Origin: Macrostomum hystrix
Lineage: Eukaryota; Animalia; Platyhelminthes
Direction: 5' to 3'
Assembly: GCA_950097015.1 (NCBI GenBank)
Contig: CATNEN010000039.1
Location: forward strand, 3,968,001 to 4,032,000
DNA: 64,000 nucleotides
In this document: positions 52,327 to 63,611 of the stretch, piece by piece
Layout: each line of letters begins with the position of its first letter
How positions within the stretch are numbered: position 1 is the first letter of the stretch
The notes under the pieces: model-generated
What the model saw: the letters and a program-made list of their open reading frames with translations, nothing else
Databases searched by the model: none
What the model was told of the DNA's origin: nothing
Made by a program: the position numbers and the translations under genes

Positions 52327-53892
52327 TCAATCTATCTCTGGCTGACTAGAGAACGCAGCATTCTCTATTCCCATTGGTGCTGGAGATTCTGGACCCGATA
52401 CCTGGTCGCTCATGGCGGTATTCAGGACCGCAGCTGACTGGTTGGTGGCGTCATTTTCGACCTCGTCTAAATCCGATTGGCTGACGGAATTTACTGGCAC
52501 GCAATCCGATTGGCTGACGGAATTTACTGGCACGCAATCCGATTGACTGACGGAATAACCTGGTGCGCGGTCTAATTGGCTGGCCGAAGTCACAGGCGCA
52601 CAATCTGACTGGTTGGCTGAATTCACTGGCCCGCTATCCAATTGGCTAAGAAGATTAGCAGGTGGGCAATCTGGTTGGCCAGCAGAATTTCCTGTCGTAG
52701 AATTCGATAGACTGGCGTCGCCTGGAGTCCAGCGTTGAGTTGCGAATCGGATCTCTAGCTTGAAGCGGACTGCGGCAGATTCTTCATACGGTGGCGGAAA
52801 ATCGTCGACAACGGCGCCAGACGAAGTCCCCGGCTGAGACGCTGGCGGCACGGCGGCATGTGTCGGAGCATATTCGCTGTAGGCCGGCGGCCAGTCCGCC
52901 ACGGCCACGTGGAACGGCGGCGGAAAGTCGAATGCGGCCGCATTGTCCGTGTCGCCGCTTGATTAATTAGACAGCGAGGAAAACAGTAGCAAGGATTAAT
53001 GTATCATATTTACTGGTGCAGGAGGGCTGTTGGGTACTGGAACATCATTTGGTGACCGAAGACCCGCAGCCAGCGAGAGGCAAATCTGCCCATTCTGCTG
53101 ACTCCTGAGAAAACACGCACACAGATAAGATGTCACCAAATGATTTGCCATTGCCCATAGCCCCGCTGAAATCATTATGATTACTATTAACGCACACAGA
53201 TAAGATGTCACCAAATGATTTGCCATTGCCCATAGCCCCGCTGAAATCATTATGATTACTATTAACGCACGCAGGCAAACAATCACACAGCCTTGGGGGT
53301 TGGCCCTAATGGGCGTAAATTTCACGGTAAGCTTTTTTAACTGGTAGGGAGTCACCTCACCTCATCTGCTTAGGAGGGCTAACTTTGCTAGTCTGCGAGT
53401 AAAAATGAACAAAAACTTTCCTCACCCGACAATTCTTCGACGGCTTCCGACTCCGCCGCCGCTGCCACCGGTGGCAGCCGAGCCTAGGCGTCGCCGACAG
53501 CAGAGGATCCGGCCGTAGTACTGCCGGATGCGAGCGCAGGCCAGCAGCACGGCGGTCAGCAGCAGCAGCCCCAGGCCCAGCATAACAATGCTAGTACTTG
53601 GCCAGGTGTAGAAGCAGGGCCCATTGTTGAAGGCCTCTCCGCAGTCGTCGTTCTGCACATCGGCCGAGTCGCACTGTTGGCTCTCCGAAGGCGGGGTGAA
53701 ATCCACGATCTCGCAGTGGCAGAGGCGGGAGCGCCGAGTCAGGTGCTGCTGGCAGCTGTCGCAGGAGGACCAGGCGAGCCAGGCGCAGTAGACTGGCGAC
53801 TCATTTGAGTAGCTGGCTGTCGCACTGGGCGAGGCGCTAAGCAGAAGCAACAGTAGCAGCAGCGAAGAAGTGACGAAAAGTGAACTAATCAT
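52327..53892 (-). CDS. Single-pass membrane protein with a TSP1-like ectodomain and cytoplasmic PPxY motifs (about 365 aa)
   Basis: Exons 53426-53892 and 52327-52957 (phase 2). Signal peptide, CAWLAWSSCDSC..RRSRLC, TM IVMLGLGLLLLTAVLLACA, PPAY and PPPY, 12-aa SQSDCVPVNSV repeats, C-terminal GIENAAF. Confidence 0.8.
53020..53335 (-). mobile_element. SINE copy in reverse orientation interrupted by a duplicated, oppositely oriented SINE 3' end
   Basis: CATCATTTGGTGAC..CTGCCCATT..CTCCTGAG and GGGCGTAAATTTCACG are reverse complements of the SINE body; an about 75-bp unit containing TGTCACCAAATGAT..GCCCATAGCC occurs twice at 53116-53270. Confidence 0.7.
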
Positions 53893-53974
53893 TAAAATGT
53901 CTACCTTGTCTGAATCTGAAAAATTCAAGTGGCACCTGAAGTAACGAAACAATCGGATAGGAAAAAATGATTAC

Positions 53975-54590
53975 ATAGGGATCAGAATGAGTGGATAGGG
54001 ATCAGAATGAGTGGATAGGGATCAGAATGAGTGGATAGGGATCGGAATGAGTGGATAGGGATCGGAATGAGTGGATAGGGATCAGAATGATTGAATAGGG
54101 ATCAGAATGATTGAATATCCATCGGAATGAGTGGATAGGGATCAGAATGAGTGGATAGGGATCAGAATGATTGAATAGGGATCAGAATGATTGAATATCC
54201 ATCGGAATGAGTGGATAGGGATCAGAATGATTGGACAGGGATCAGAATGATTGAATAGGGATCAGAATGAGTGGATAGGGATCAGAATGAGTGGATAGGG
54301 ATCAGAATGAGTGGATAGGGATCGGAATGAGTGGATAGGGATCGGAATGAGTGAATAGGGATCTGAATGAGTGAATATGGATCAGAATGAGTGGATAGGG
54401 ATCAGAATGAGTGGATAGGGATCAGAATGAGTGGATAGGGATCGGAATGAGTGGATGGGGATCGGAATGAGTGGATAGGGATCGGAATGAGTGAATAGGG
54501 ATCTGAATGAGTGAATATGGATCAGAATGAGTGGATAGGGATCGGAATGAGTGGATATGGATAGGGATCAGAATGATTGAATATCGATGA
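53975..54590. repeat. Minisatellite, 20-bp unit (ATCAGAATGAGTGGATAGGG); reverse complement of the 47262-49400 family
   Basis: About 30 copies. Confidence 0.95.
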
Positions 54591-54979
54591 GAATGCCGAC
54601 ATACGTATAATATCACAATAATGGTTTTATTATAGCGAAAACAAACAAATTTATTAGCAATAATGATTTTATAACTGGCACTCGGCCTTTTTGATGTGGA
54701 AACCAGTTTATTCATTTAAGCATAAAAATAATACTACAGACAAAAAGCTAAAATAAATTTACAGAAACATAATTTCTCGAGATTTAGAAAATTAGATTGA
54801 CTGATTAAAAATCATATTTGATACGAGTGCAGTACTTTAGTTACATGTAAAAGCATTGTGATATTTGTCTGGCTTTTTGTAATAGAATGCCTGGGATTCC
54901 GAGAGATTTCGTGTCTATCTACTCACCCAAATGGCATACGTAGCGTAAAATATGCATTAAAGTGACAAAAAAAATTAAT

Positions 54980-57900
54980 TCAGAAATTTTCCAATTCGTC
55001 TCCGTCGACTTCGCCAAAGCTGTCCTCGTCATCTTCTAGAAAATGGCGGGGCACCGGAATATATGAGGGCGACTCGCTGCGCTGCTGCTGCTGCTGCTGC
55101 TGCTGCTCAGTTTCAGTCTCCGTGCTTTTCACTTGGCATTTTTTAGTTGGCGCAGTCGCCCAGAAGTGACGCAGCGGGCACTCGACTCCGCGGCGGCAGT
55201 GACCGAGCAGGCGGAAGTCCTGGCAGACGGCGGTGTCAGCCGCATAGCGGACATGCCGGTAGGGGCAGTTGGCGCGGCTGCAGCCGGTCGGGCTTTCGTA
55301 GAACTCGCAGGCCGGCAGCTTGGCCGGGTCCAAGCAGTGCGACAGGCGGCAGCCGGGGCCAGCGTCGCAGGCGCCGCCGCGCTTCAAGAAGCTGCGCGAT
55401 GAAGGCGGGGGTGTTAGGAGATTATTCACAGCATGACCTTTTGGGAGTTGCTGGGATAACCCGGGAGTTTTGGGACGCAGTAGGGAGAGTTCTCTGGGAT
55501 TCTTATCCCAAGGATATTTTGGGACGCAGTAGGGAGAGTTCTCTGGGATTCTTATCCCAAGGATATTTTGGGATAATAGCGAAGATACTTGGGGAATTCT
55601 TTATCCTGGGATATACTGGGATGATAGCAAAGATTCTATGGGATTCTTATTCCTGGCATATTCTGGGATGATAGCGAAGATTCTATAGGATTCTTGTTCC
55701 TGGGATATTTTGGGATGATAGCAAAGATTCTATGGGATTCTTATTCCTGGCATATTCTGGGATGATAGCGAAGATTCTATGGGATTCTTATTCCTGGGAT
55801 ATTTTGGGATGATAGCAAAGATTCTATGGGATTCTTATTCCTGGCATATTCTGGGATGATAGCGAAGATTCTATGGGATTCTTATTCCTGGGATATACTG
55901 GGATGATAGCAAAGATTCTATGGGATTCTTATTCCTGGCATATTCTGGGATGATAGCGAAGATTCTATGGGATTCTTATTCCTGGGATATTTTGGGATGA
56001 TAGCAAAGATTCTATGGGATTCTTATTCCTGGCATATTCTGGGATGATAGCGAAGATTCGAAGATAGCGAAGAATCATATCATATTCTGGTATGATAGCG
56101 AAGATTCTATGGGATTCTTATTCCTGGCATATTCTGGGATGATAGCGAAGATTCTATGGGATTCTTAATCCTGGCATATTCTGGTATGATAGCGAAGATT
56201 CTATGGGATTCTTATTCCTGGCATATTCTGGGATGATAGCGAAGATTCTATGGGATTCTTATTCCTGGCATATTCTGGTATGATAGCGAAGATTCTATGG
56301 GATTCTTATTCCTGGCATATTCTGGGATGATAGCAAAGATTCTATGGGATTCTTCTTACTGGCATATTCTGGGATGATAGCGAAGATTCTATGGGATTCT
56401 TATTCCTGGCATATTCTGGGATGATAGCGAAGATTCTATGGGATTCTTATTCCTGGCATATTCTGGGATGATAGCGAAGATTCTATGGGATTCTTCTTAC
56501 TGGCATATTCTGGGATGATAGCGAAGATTCTATGGGATTCTTCTTACTGGCATATTCTGGGATGATAGCGAAGATTCTATGGGATTCTTATTCCTGGCAT
56601 ATTCTGGGATGATAGCGAAGATTCTATGGGATTCTTATTCCTGGCATATTCTGGGATGATAGCGAAGATTCTATGGGATTCTTATTCCTGGCATATTCTG
56701 GGATGATAGCGAAGATTCTATGGGATTCTTATTCCTGGCATATTCTGGGATGATAGCGAAGATTCTATGGGATTCTTATTCCTGGCATATTCTGGGATGA
56801 TAGCGAAGATTCTATGGGATTCTTATTCCTGGCATATTCTGGGATGATAGCGAAGATTCTATGGGATTCTTATTCTTGGGATATTCTCTGATGATAGCGA
56901 GGAATATTTTCAAGGAATCTTCGAAAAAAGCGAATATACTTTTAGATTCACTGGGATATTTCTCTATGCTAATAAAGAGTCCAAAAGCATATTCTCAGGG
57001 ACTAAGGAAATGAATTTTTGCAAGCAAGAAATCTCACCGCTTGCAGATGGCCACCATGTTGGAGTCGTGCAGGTAAATGCAACCCTTGGCTTTGCGGCAC
57101 TGTCCAAAACGGCAGTAGAAGACGCAGTAAATTCGCTTCTTGCGCAGTCGCAGCTTAGCGCGGGCGACCAGATTCCTGCGCAAGTAGGCGATGCGGAGTG
57201 ACAGAGTGACGGATTGTGAGTGAACTGACGGCGATTAACCTAGAGGGATAGTTAACAAGAGCCTGACAGAGAGTGTCTGACAGAGTGAAAGGCAGATAAT
57301 AACTTATAGAGAATGATTGATCGAGAGTGGCTGACAGGGAGTGAGTGACAGAGAGTGAGTGACAGAGAGTGAGTGACAGGGAGTGAGTGACAGAGAGTGA
57401 GTGACAGAGAGTGAGTGACAGAGAGTGAGTGACAGGGAGTGAGTGACAGAGAGTGAGTGACGGAGTGAGAGACAGAGAGTGAGTGACAGGGAGTGAGTGA
57501 CAGAGAGTGAGTGACGGAGTGAGTGACAGAGAGTGAGTGACAGGGAGTGAGTGACAGAGAGTGAGTGACGGAGTGAGTGACAGAGAGTGAGTGACGGAGT
57601 GAGGGACAGGGACTGAGTGACAGAGAGTGAGTGACGGAGTGAGTGACAGAGAGTGAGTGACAGGGAGTGAGTGACAGAGAGTGAGTGACAGGGATTGAGT
57701 GACAGAGAGTGAGTGACAGGGAGTGAGTGACAGAGAGTGAGTGACAGGGACTGAGTGACAGAGAGTGAGTGACAGAGAGTGAGTGACAGAGAGTGAGTGA
57801 CAGGGACTGAGTGACAGGGAGTGAGTGACAGGGAGTGAGTGACAGGGAGTGAGTGACAGGGAGTGAGTGACGGAGTGAGTGACAGAGAGTGAGTGACAGG

Positions 57901-58716
57901 GAGTGAGTGACAGAGAGTGAGTGACAGAGAGTGAGTGACAGGGACTGAGTGACAGGGAGTGAGTGACAGGGAGTGAGTGACAGAGAGTGATTGACAGGGA
58001 GTGAGTGACAGGGAGTAAGGATTGCGAGCGACCACGGATTGTTTATAGCTAGCCGGCTATAAAAAGGGGAGCCAGATTTACCTGGATCTGCGAATCGGAT
58101 CTAAAGAGGCTGAGACGCTGCTGCTTTGACGCTTCAGAACTCGAGCTCCAACCGATTGACGATTCGCGGCGTGGTAGGATCGGCGAAGTTTAAATTTACT
58201 GGGGCTTGAATGCGAACGTGGGGATCGAGACAGCAGCGCCTTGGAGCTGCCTCTAGGATAGCCGCAAATTCGCCTTTTTTCAATCTTCTGTTGCTGCTGC
58301 TTCTGTTTCTGCTGTTGTTGCAAGCTCTGAAGCTTTCTTTGTTCTTGGAGACAGCGCTGCTTAGCTAGCAGCAGGTCGAGGTCCAATCGGACGCGTTCAA
58401 TTTTATTGCGCAACTGTCGCCTGACTTCTGATTGGCCAGCGCTTAAGACTCGATGGGGTGGCGGGCATGCCTGAGTGGGTGGGGGCAGCGTCAGTGGTTG
58501 CTGATTGGGCAGGGGCTGTGTTACTGGTTGTGTAGGCAGGTTCACAATGGCTGGCAAGCATTTTTTGGTCTGCCTTGCCATTAGCTGCTCTTTTGCAGCC
58601 TGAATTTTTGCATCTAATTGCAAACGCAGCTCAGTAATGCCATTGAGTAGAGCCTTCTGCTGCTGCTGCTGATGTACACCTCTAATTGTAGCTGTAGCAA
58701 TATTCTTTTCTGACAT
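54980..58716 (-). CDS. ZC3H3: ZC3H3-like tandem CCCH zinc-finger protein (about 394 aa)
   Basis: Exons (minus) 58082-58716, 57038-57175, 54980-55391. YCVFYCRFGQCRKAKGCIYLHDSNMVAICKRFLK..C..C.LSH..KLPACEFY..GCSRANCPYRHV..VCQDF..GHCRRGVECPLRH matches the ZC3H3 finger array; SYIP motif near the C-terminus. Confidence 0.85.
55440..56900. repeat. Intronic minisatellite, 47-bp unit (GGGATTCTTATTCCTGGCATATTCTGGGATGATAGCGAAGATTCTAT)
   Basis: About 30 copies filling ZC3H3-like intron 55392-57037. Confidence 0.96.
57325..58016. repeat. Intronic minisatellite, 14-bp unit (GAGTGAGTGACAGA/GG)
   Basis: About 50 copies filling intron 57176-58081. Confidence 0.95.
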
Positions 58717-59077
58717 GCTAGAATACAATATTTAATGAATATAATTTATCAGACATTTATTAAAATCAAAAAATCAAAAACTGTTAGGCAAACACTAAAG
58801 ACTACAAAGTTAACCTTTTCATTTTAAATTCATTTCGAAAACTAATTTACTATCTAAAAACTGGGCAACTATTTTAGATGTAATTAATGGTTTAAAAATT
58901 ATCACCAGCTAATTTTTCATGCATATTAAGTAACAATGAATGATTTTTAAGGGCAAGCAGCTAGCTACAGCTGTTTCCTTTACTTAATCTTGCAATTTAA
59001 GATTTTTAAAGAGCATTTCAGAACTGCAAGAAATTTTAGGACAAAATCTTATTGATTGTTTTCTAGATGCTTTAAAC

Positions 59078-60306
59078 CAGTGTTGGGCATCACTACTCTA
59101 AAAAGTATTGAATTAAAGCAATACTTGGATATTGATACTCAAAAAGGTATCGGAGATATTTCAAAGTCCGATACCAAAATTTGAGTATCATCAATACTTT
59201 AGTCCCACACTTCAGAAAATGCAAAAAACTGTCTACAAAAGGCAAAAACATGAAATTTTACCATGTACCAAACTGTTTCACTGTATTTACTATTTAAATT
59301 TGTGACAGAAACTTAAAGACAACTGTTTTGTTAATGTGTTAAGGTGGAAGCAAAGCCTTTAAAAAAGTTTTTTGTTGTGGCAGCAAAGATTGGCACTGCG
59401 TGGTCTGTGCTTTATTTATTTGTGCAATGTTGATGTACAAAGTTGAGGCAAGAAAGGGAGGCATGATCACATAAACAAGGAATTAGCGAGTCTCTCCAAT
59501 CCCCAGATTTCACACACAAGTGTGCAGCTTGCACAAAAGGACAGCTGGGCATGAGGTGCAACACTCATTAATCATTCAACAGACCCACAATGGTAGATAA
59601 CTTCAATTAAAAAAACTTTCTTATCTCTGGACAAAGATCATTGTAATCCTGTTCAAGTTCCACCTATTGTTGCTGTCATTGAATAGAAATATCCTCATTG
59701 TCATTGACAATGGCCATGGTCAATGTGACAATGTCATGATCAACAGAGTCAGTCACCACTCACTAGTCAAATGAGTCAAGTGAGGTGAGATGAGATCAGA
59801 GATGTCACTAGGATAAAAATTACTACAGTCCCTTTACTAGTCAATAGTCACTACTAAAGAAAGGCTAATTGCAGTTCAATTTATTGGTGTAGTCCACTGG
59901 CAATCAATTACTGGTTAGTTGATTGATTAATGACTTGACTTTCTTCAAATTTGTAAAATAATGTTTATATAAATTAAAATTTAAACTTTTGTACAGATTT
60001 ATATATATTTATGCATTCTAGAAAAAATAGCAAAAATGGTACAGTTTAAGCGAAAATACCTTTTTGATGATTTAATTTAAATACAATTTTTTCTTTTTTA
60101 TTGCCTTCTCGTAGTTTTAAATTCATCATTTGTTAAAAGTAGGCCTATCCAACTATTGAGCATTGGAGTATTGAACATAATTTTTTTTTCACTCAATACC
60201 TTAGTCCAATACTGTCCAAAAAGGATTGAGGTCCAATACTCTAATACCAAAATTGTGTTGTTGATAGTATCGGAGTATCTGAGTATTGGACCTATGCCCA
60301 ACACTG
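59078..60306. mobile_element. Non-autonomous hAT DNA transposon (1229 bp)
   Basis: Perfect 13-bp TIR CAGTGTTGGGCAT / ATGCCCAACACTG; perfect 8-bp TSD CTTTAAAC at 59070-59077 and 60307-60314; subterminal AATAC/GTATT repeats; no intact transposase ORF. Confidence 0.92.
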
Positions 60307-62624
60307 CTTTAAACATAAGAAAATTGTTCTAATGATTAATGCTGCTTACAAGCAATAGCCAGAAAAAAACAAAAGCTTTTTATTTCTTTTATCCTTAAAC
60401 AAATTTTTTATTTTATTTAAAGTGCATAAATTATTAATTATGAACTCATTCCACATTTTTTGCAAAAATCTAATTAGTAAAGTCATGGACAAAAAAATAA
60501 TGTAATTACTCTATCATGAACTGAACTACAGTAAAGTGAAAGTAGTAGGGCCTAAAGCATTTGTTTTTTTAGCTAATCATATTTAGATTTTAACTGTTTT
60601 GGATTTACACCAATAGGTAAAAAATCTGGAAAGTTTGCAAAGGCTTCTTAAATGTCAGTGACTAAGCCTAAGGCTAGGCTAGGCTACAATTATAAAAGCA
60701 AAAATGCATGCACTTAAGTTATCAGTTGCAGCTTCACGTTTTACTTATTAACAATTTAGGATGAAAGACTCACTTATACAGGAGTCCAGGAGAAGCATCT
60801 ATTAGTTATAGTAGATGACAGAAAAAACGGATAAATTGATTCTCTAGTACAGACCTGTTATGTCAATTGTTTTGTAGAAAAATTTTGATTTAAAATTGCG
60901 AAAAAGAAATAGTATATCTTATAGTTTGCATGAATTTTAGGATTTTAGTTATAAAAATTAAATCTTTTTAAATGAGCGTATAATTCATTTAATTAAATAC
61001 GTAATGGTTTAAGGCTTTATATTTGTTAGAGTAATAAAATGCATATACATATTTAAAGTTTAATACTTCTAAGAACGATATTAGAAACCTAAGCCCCCTT
61101 TGTATCCAAATTGTAGTCTCAGCTCTGTAGCTAATATCATATGTTTAATGTATTTGAACTGTAGCATCAGAATAACAATTTTAATGAGTTATCATTGTAT
61201 AAAGGAATAGATTGAGATACTGGTATTGCAAGCATATGTTATGGCATCGTAACCTTATTTACTTTTATGAACTTTCCCAATATTCTATTACAATCTGTGT
61301 TACTCGCATTTTTAGTGTTTGTTTTTTTGTTCTCATTCAGTAAAATATTACACTATTAATAAGAAGAAATGTCTCGCAATACCACCTGTATCTAGGCTAC
61401 GACTGAAAGTATACATTAAGGAAGGTGTTATCCTTACACTTTTATGGCATGCAGGAAGCAAATCCCCCCAGTTTGCTAATGATAAAGCATTGCACCCCGA
61501 CTGCATGCATTAAATATTATTTAATGAAATGATAGTCAGTATGTATAATACTTTGATAACCATAGTATTTTCTGGATAAAGCTTATAAAATCTTAGAAAG
61601 AGCTTGAGTAAGCCTTTATTGGCCAAAATGTTCTTAGGTTAATAATCAGTAACTTATATATATCATATATATATATATATTCATAAGCTACCAAGATCTA
61701 CCGCCAATGACTACCTATAACTATTCATATATAGATTTGGCAATAGACAAATTCATATGGCCTTTGTACTAACTAACAGTAACTGACTAAGTAACTATAA
61801 CCGACATATATTGATTATAATTAATCAAGAAATGTAATTCATAAGAAAGTATAAAACTAAGTACAAATTTGATGTATACTCCAATTTTTTATATTTCTGT
61901 TGCAGTTACAGTCTAATAAATTATTATATCATTATTTTGCTTGTCAAACATGAAAGTCATTCTTTTGCTTTTTAGAAAGCTCTATAAAATTAATACTCAT
62001 AAAACCAACTGAAAAGGCAAAAAACTCAATATAATTTGTCTTTGGTGGCAAGGTGTGTCCTGGAAATATTAGTTTTGCTAGTTAGCCAAATAAATGAATA
62101 GTATTTTTTCTCTACTTTTGTGTTGTAGCCTTAGCAATGCAAAATAACTTTTATATATGTATATTATTTAGTCACTTATAGTCTTTCACATATCCAAATT
62201 TCATACTTTGAACTTTAATTTAAACTTTAGCGTTATTTTATTTTAATTCAGTTACCTCTTCATCATATCATTCTTTTTTATATTTTATGCCTCTCACCAG
62301 ACAATGAATACCAAAAATGCAAATCCTTGAAATTGATTTCTGCCATAATATATATTATGGTATTCCCAAAATCATGATAACTAATTTGCTAATGGGATGA
62401 ATGGTTTAAAAATTTAGCAGTCTCTCACACAAAGACTTAATAAAACTTTTGCCACTGTTGGGCTTCTTGCACATCTATCATCTTGCGTTTTTTTAAGATG
62501 ACCACGTATAAGTTGGTACATATATTGGTTTATGTATTTATTGATACATGCATATAAATACATAGAACAATGCAGTCATAGGAATTATTAGGTAAATGAA
62601 TCCAATGATTCTACTGTCGTCATC

Positions 62625-63426
62625 TCACACTGGTGACTCAGCCCTGCTAGGCAGTCCCGATAGATTCGCCTCGGACTGTTCCTCAATGGCAGCTGGCTGG
62701 GCTGCTCCCCTGAGTCGGAGGTAGCCGGCTTTGCCTGCCTCGGCTAGCTGGCGCTGGAGCTCCTGCTCGCTGTTGATGATGCGGACCACCTTGTAGGCCT
62801 CCTCGCTGGATTCCAGCACGCTGTTCTTCCGGTCCACCTCGTGCCGCCTGGTCTCAATGCGCTTTAGACTGAAGCTGCCAATCTGCGGTGCGGTTTGTTG
62901 GACTAGTCAGATTGACAGGTTTGACAGTGATAGGACTGTCAGATTTACATGTATGACAGTGGCAGGATTGAAAGTTAGGGTTTTGTAACATCAGCAGGGC
63001 TGATCTCACCTGACTTCTGAGCGGCCTTGCCTTGACCGGCGCTCCAAACATGGCCACAGTCTGGCGCATCAGCGCATTCGGGTGATTGGCAGTCAGCGCC
63101 GCCATCCTTTTAGCGAACTCGTGGCGCGTTTTGTTCAACTCCTCGGCATCGTCTTTTACTTTGGCTTTACTTTTTACTCCTCCGTCCGCCGCCTCATCGT
63201 CTTCGTCGTCGTCTTCTTCTTCGACCTCGTCGACTTCTTCTTCGTCTGGCGGCGGCGATCGAATCTCTTTGTTGCGCACGTGCTCGATCAGAAAGTCGAT
63301 GAACGACTGCCTGGCCCTGGCGGCCTCGCGGAAGCGTCGCAGTCGTTCCTCCTCGGCGCGATCTTGCTGGGCGCGTTGGCCAAGCTCGCGCCGGCGCTGC
63401 TCGTTGGCTTCCAGACGGCGTCTCAT
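62625..63426 (-). CDS. Hypothetical charged coiled-coil protein with an acidic tract; probable 3' exons of a gene extending rightwards
   Basis: GC-rich coding-like ORFs 63010-63426 (donor CAG|GTGAG at 63009) and 62625 to about 62863; the exact acceptor and phase are unresolved. Confidence 0.55.
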
Positions 63427-63611
63427 TGCGTCCTTTTGGTTTGTGAGTCAGGTACACTGATTATTGTGCGCGAGTGTCTGTGGCCTACAGGTGCTATGCC
63501 AGCTCATCCCACTTCTTACGAGGTTGACATCAGTTCAGGAGTACCCAGGAGGGTCTGGGTTAAGCTACATTGTCACAGAGCTACATCATGACACCGAAAT
63601 GTTTTTTAGAT

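Noticed and set aside
17412-56900. CRISPR-like appearance of the 20-47 bp direct-repeat arrays
   Set aside because: Units are head-to-tail with no unique spacers, there are no cas genes, and the context is eukaryotic and intronic.
58020-58060. Extra micro-exon in the ZC3H3-like gene
   Set aside because: It would need an intron of about 24 nt, and the direct 58082-57175 junction already gives a ZC3H3-like sequence.
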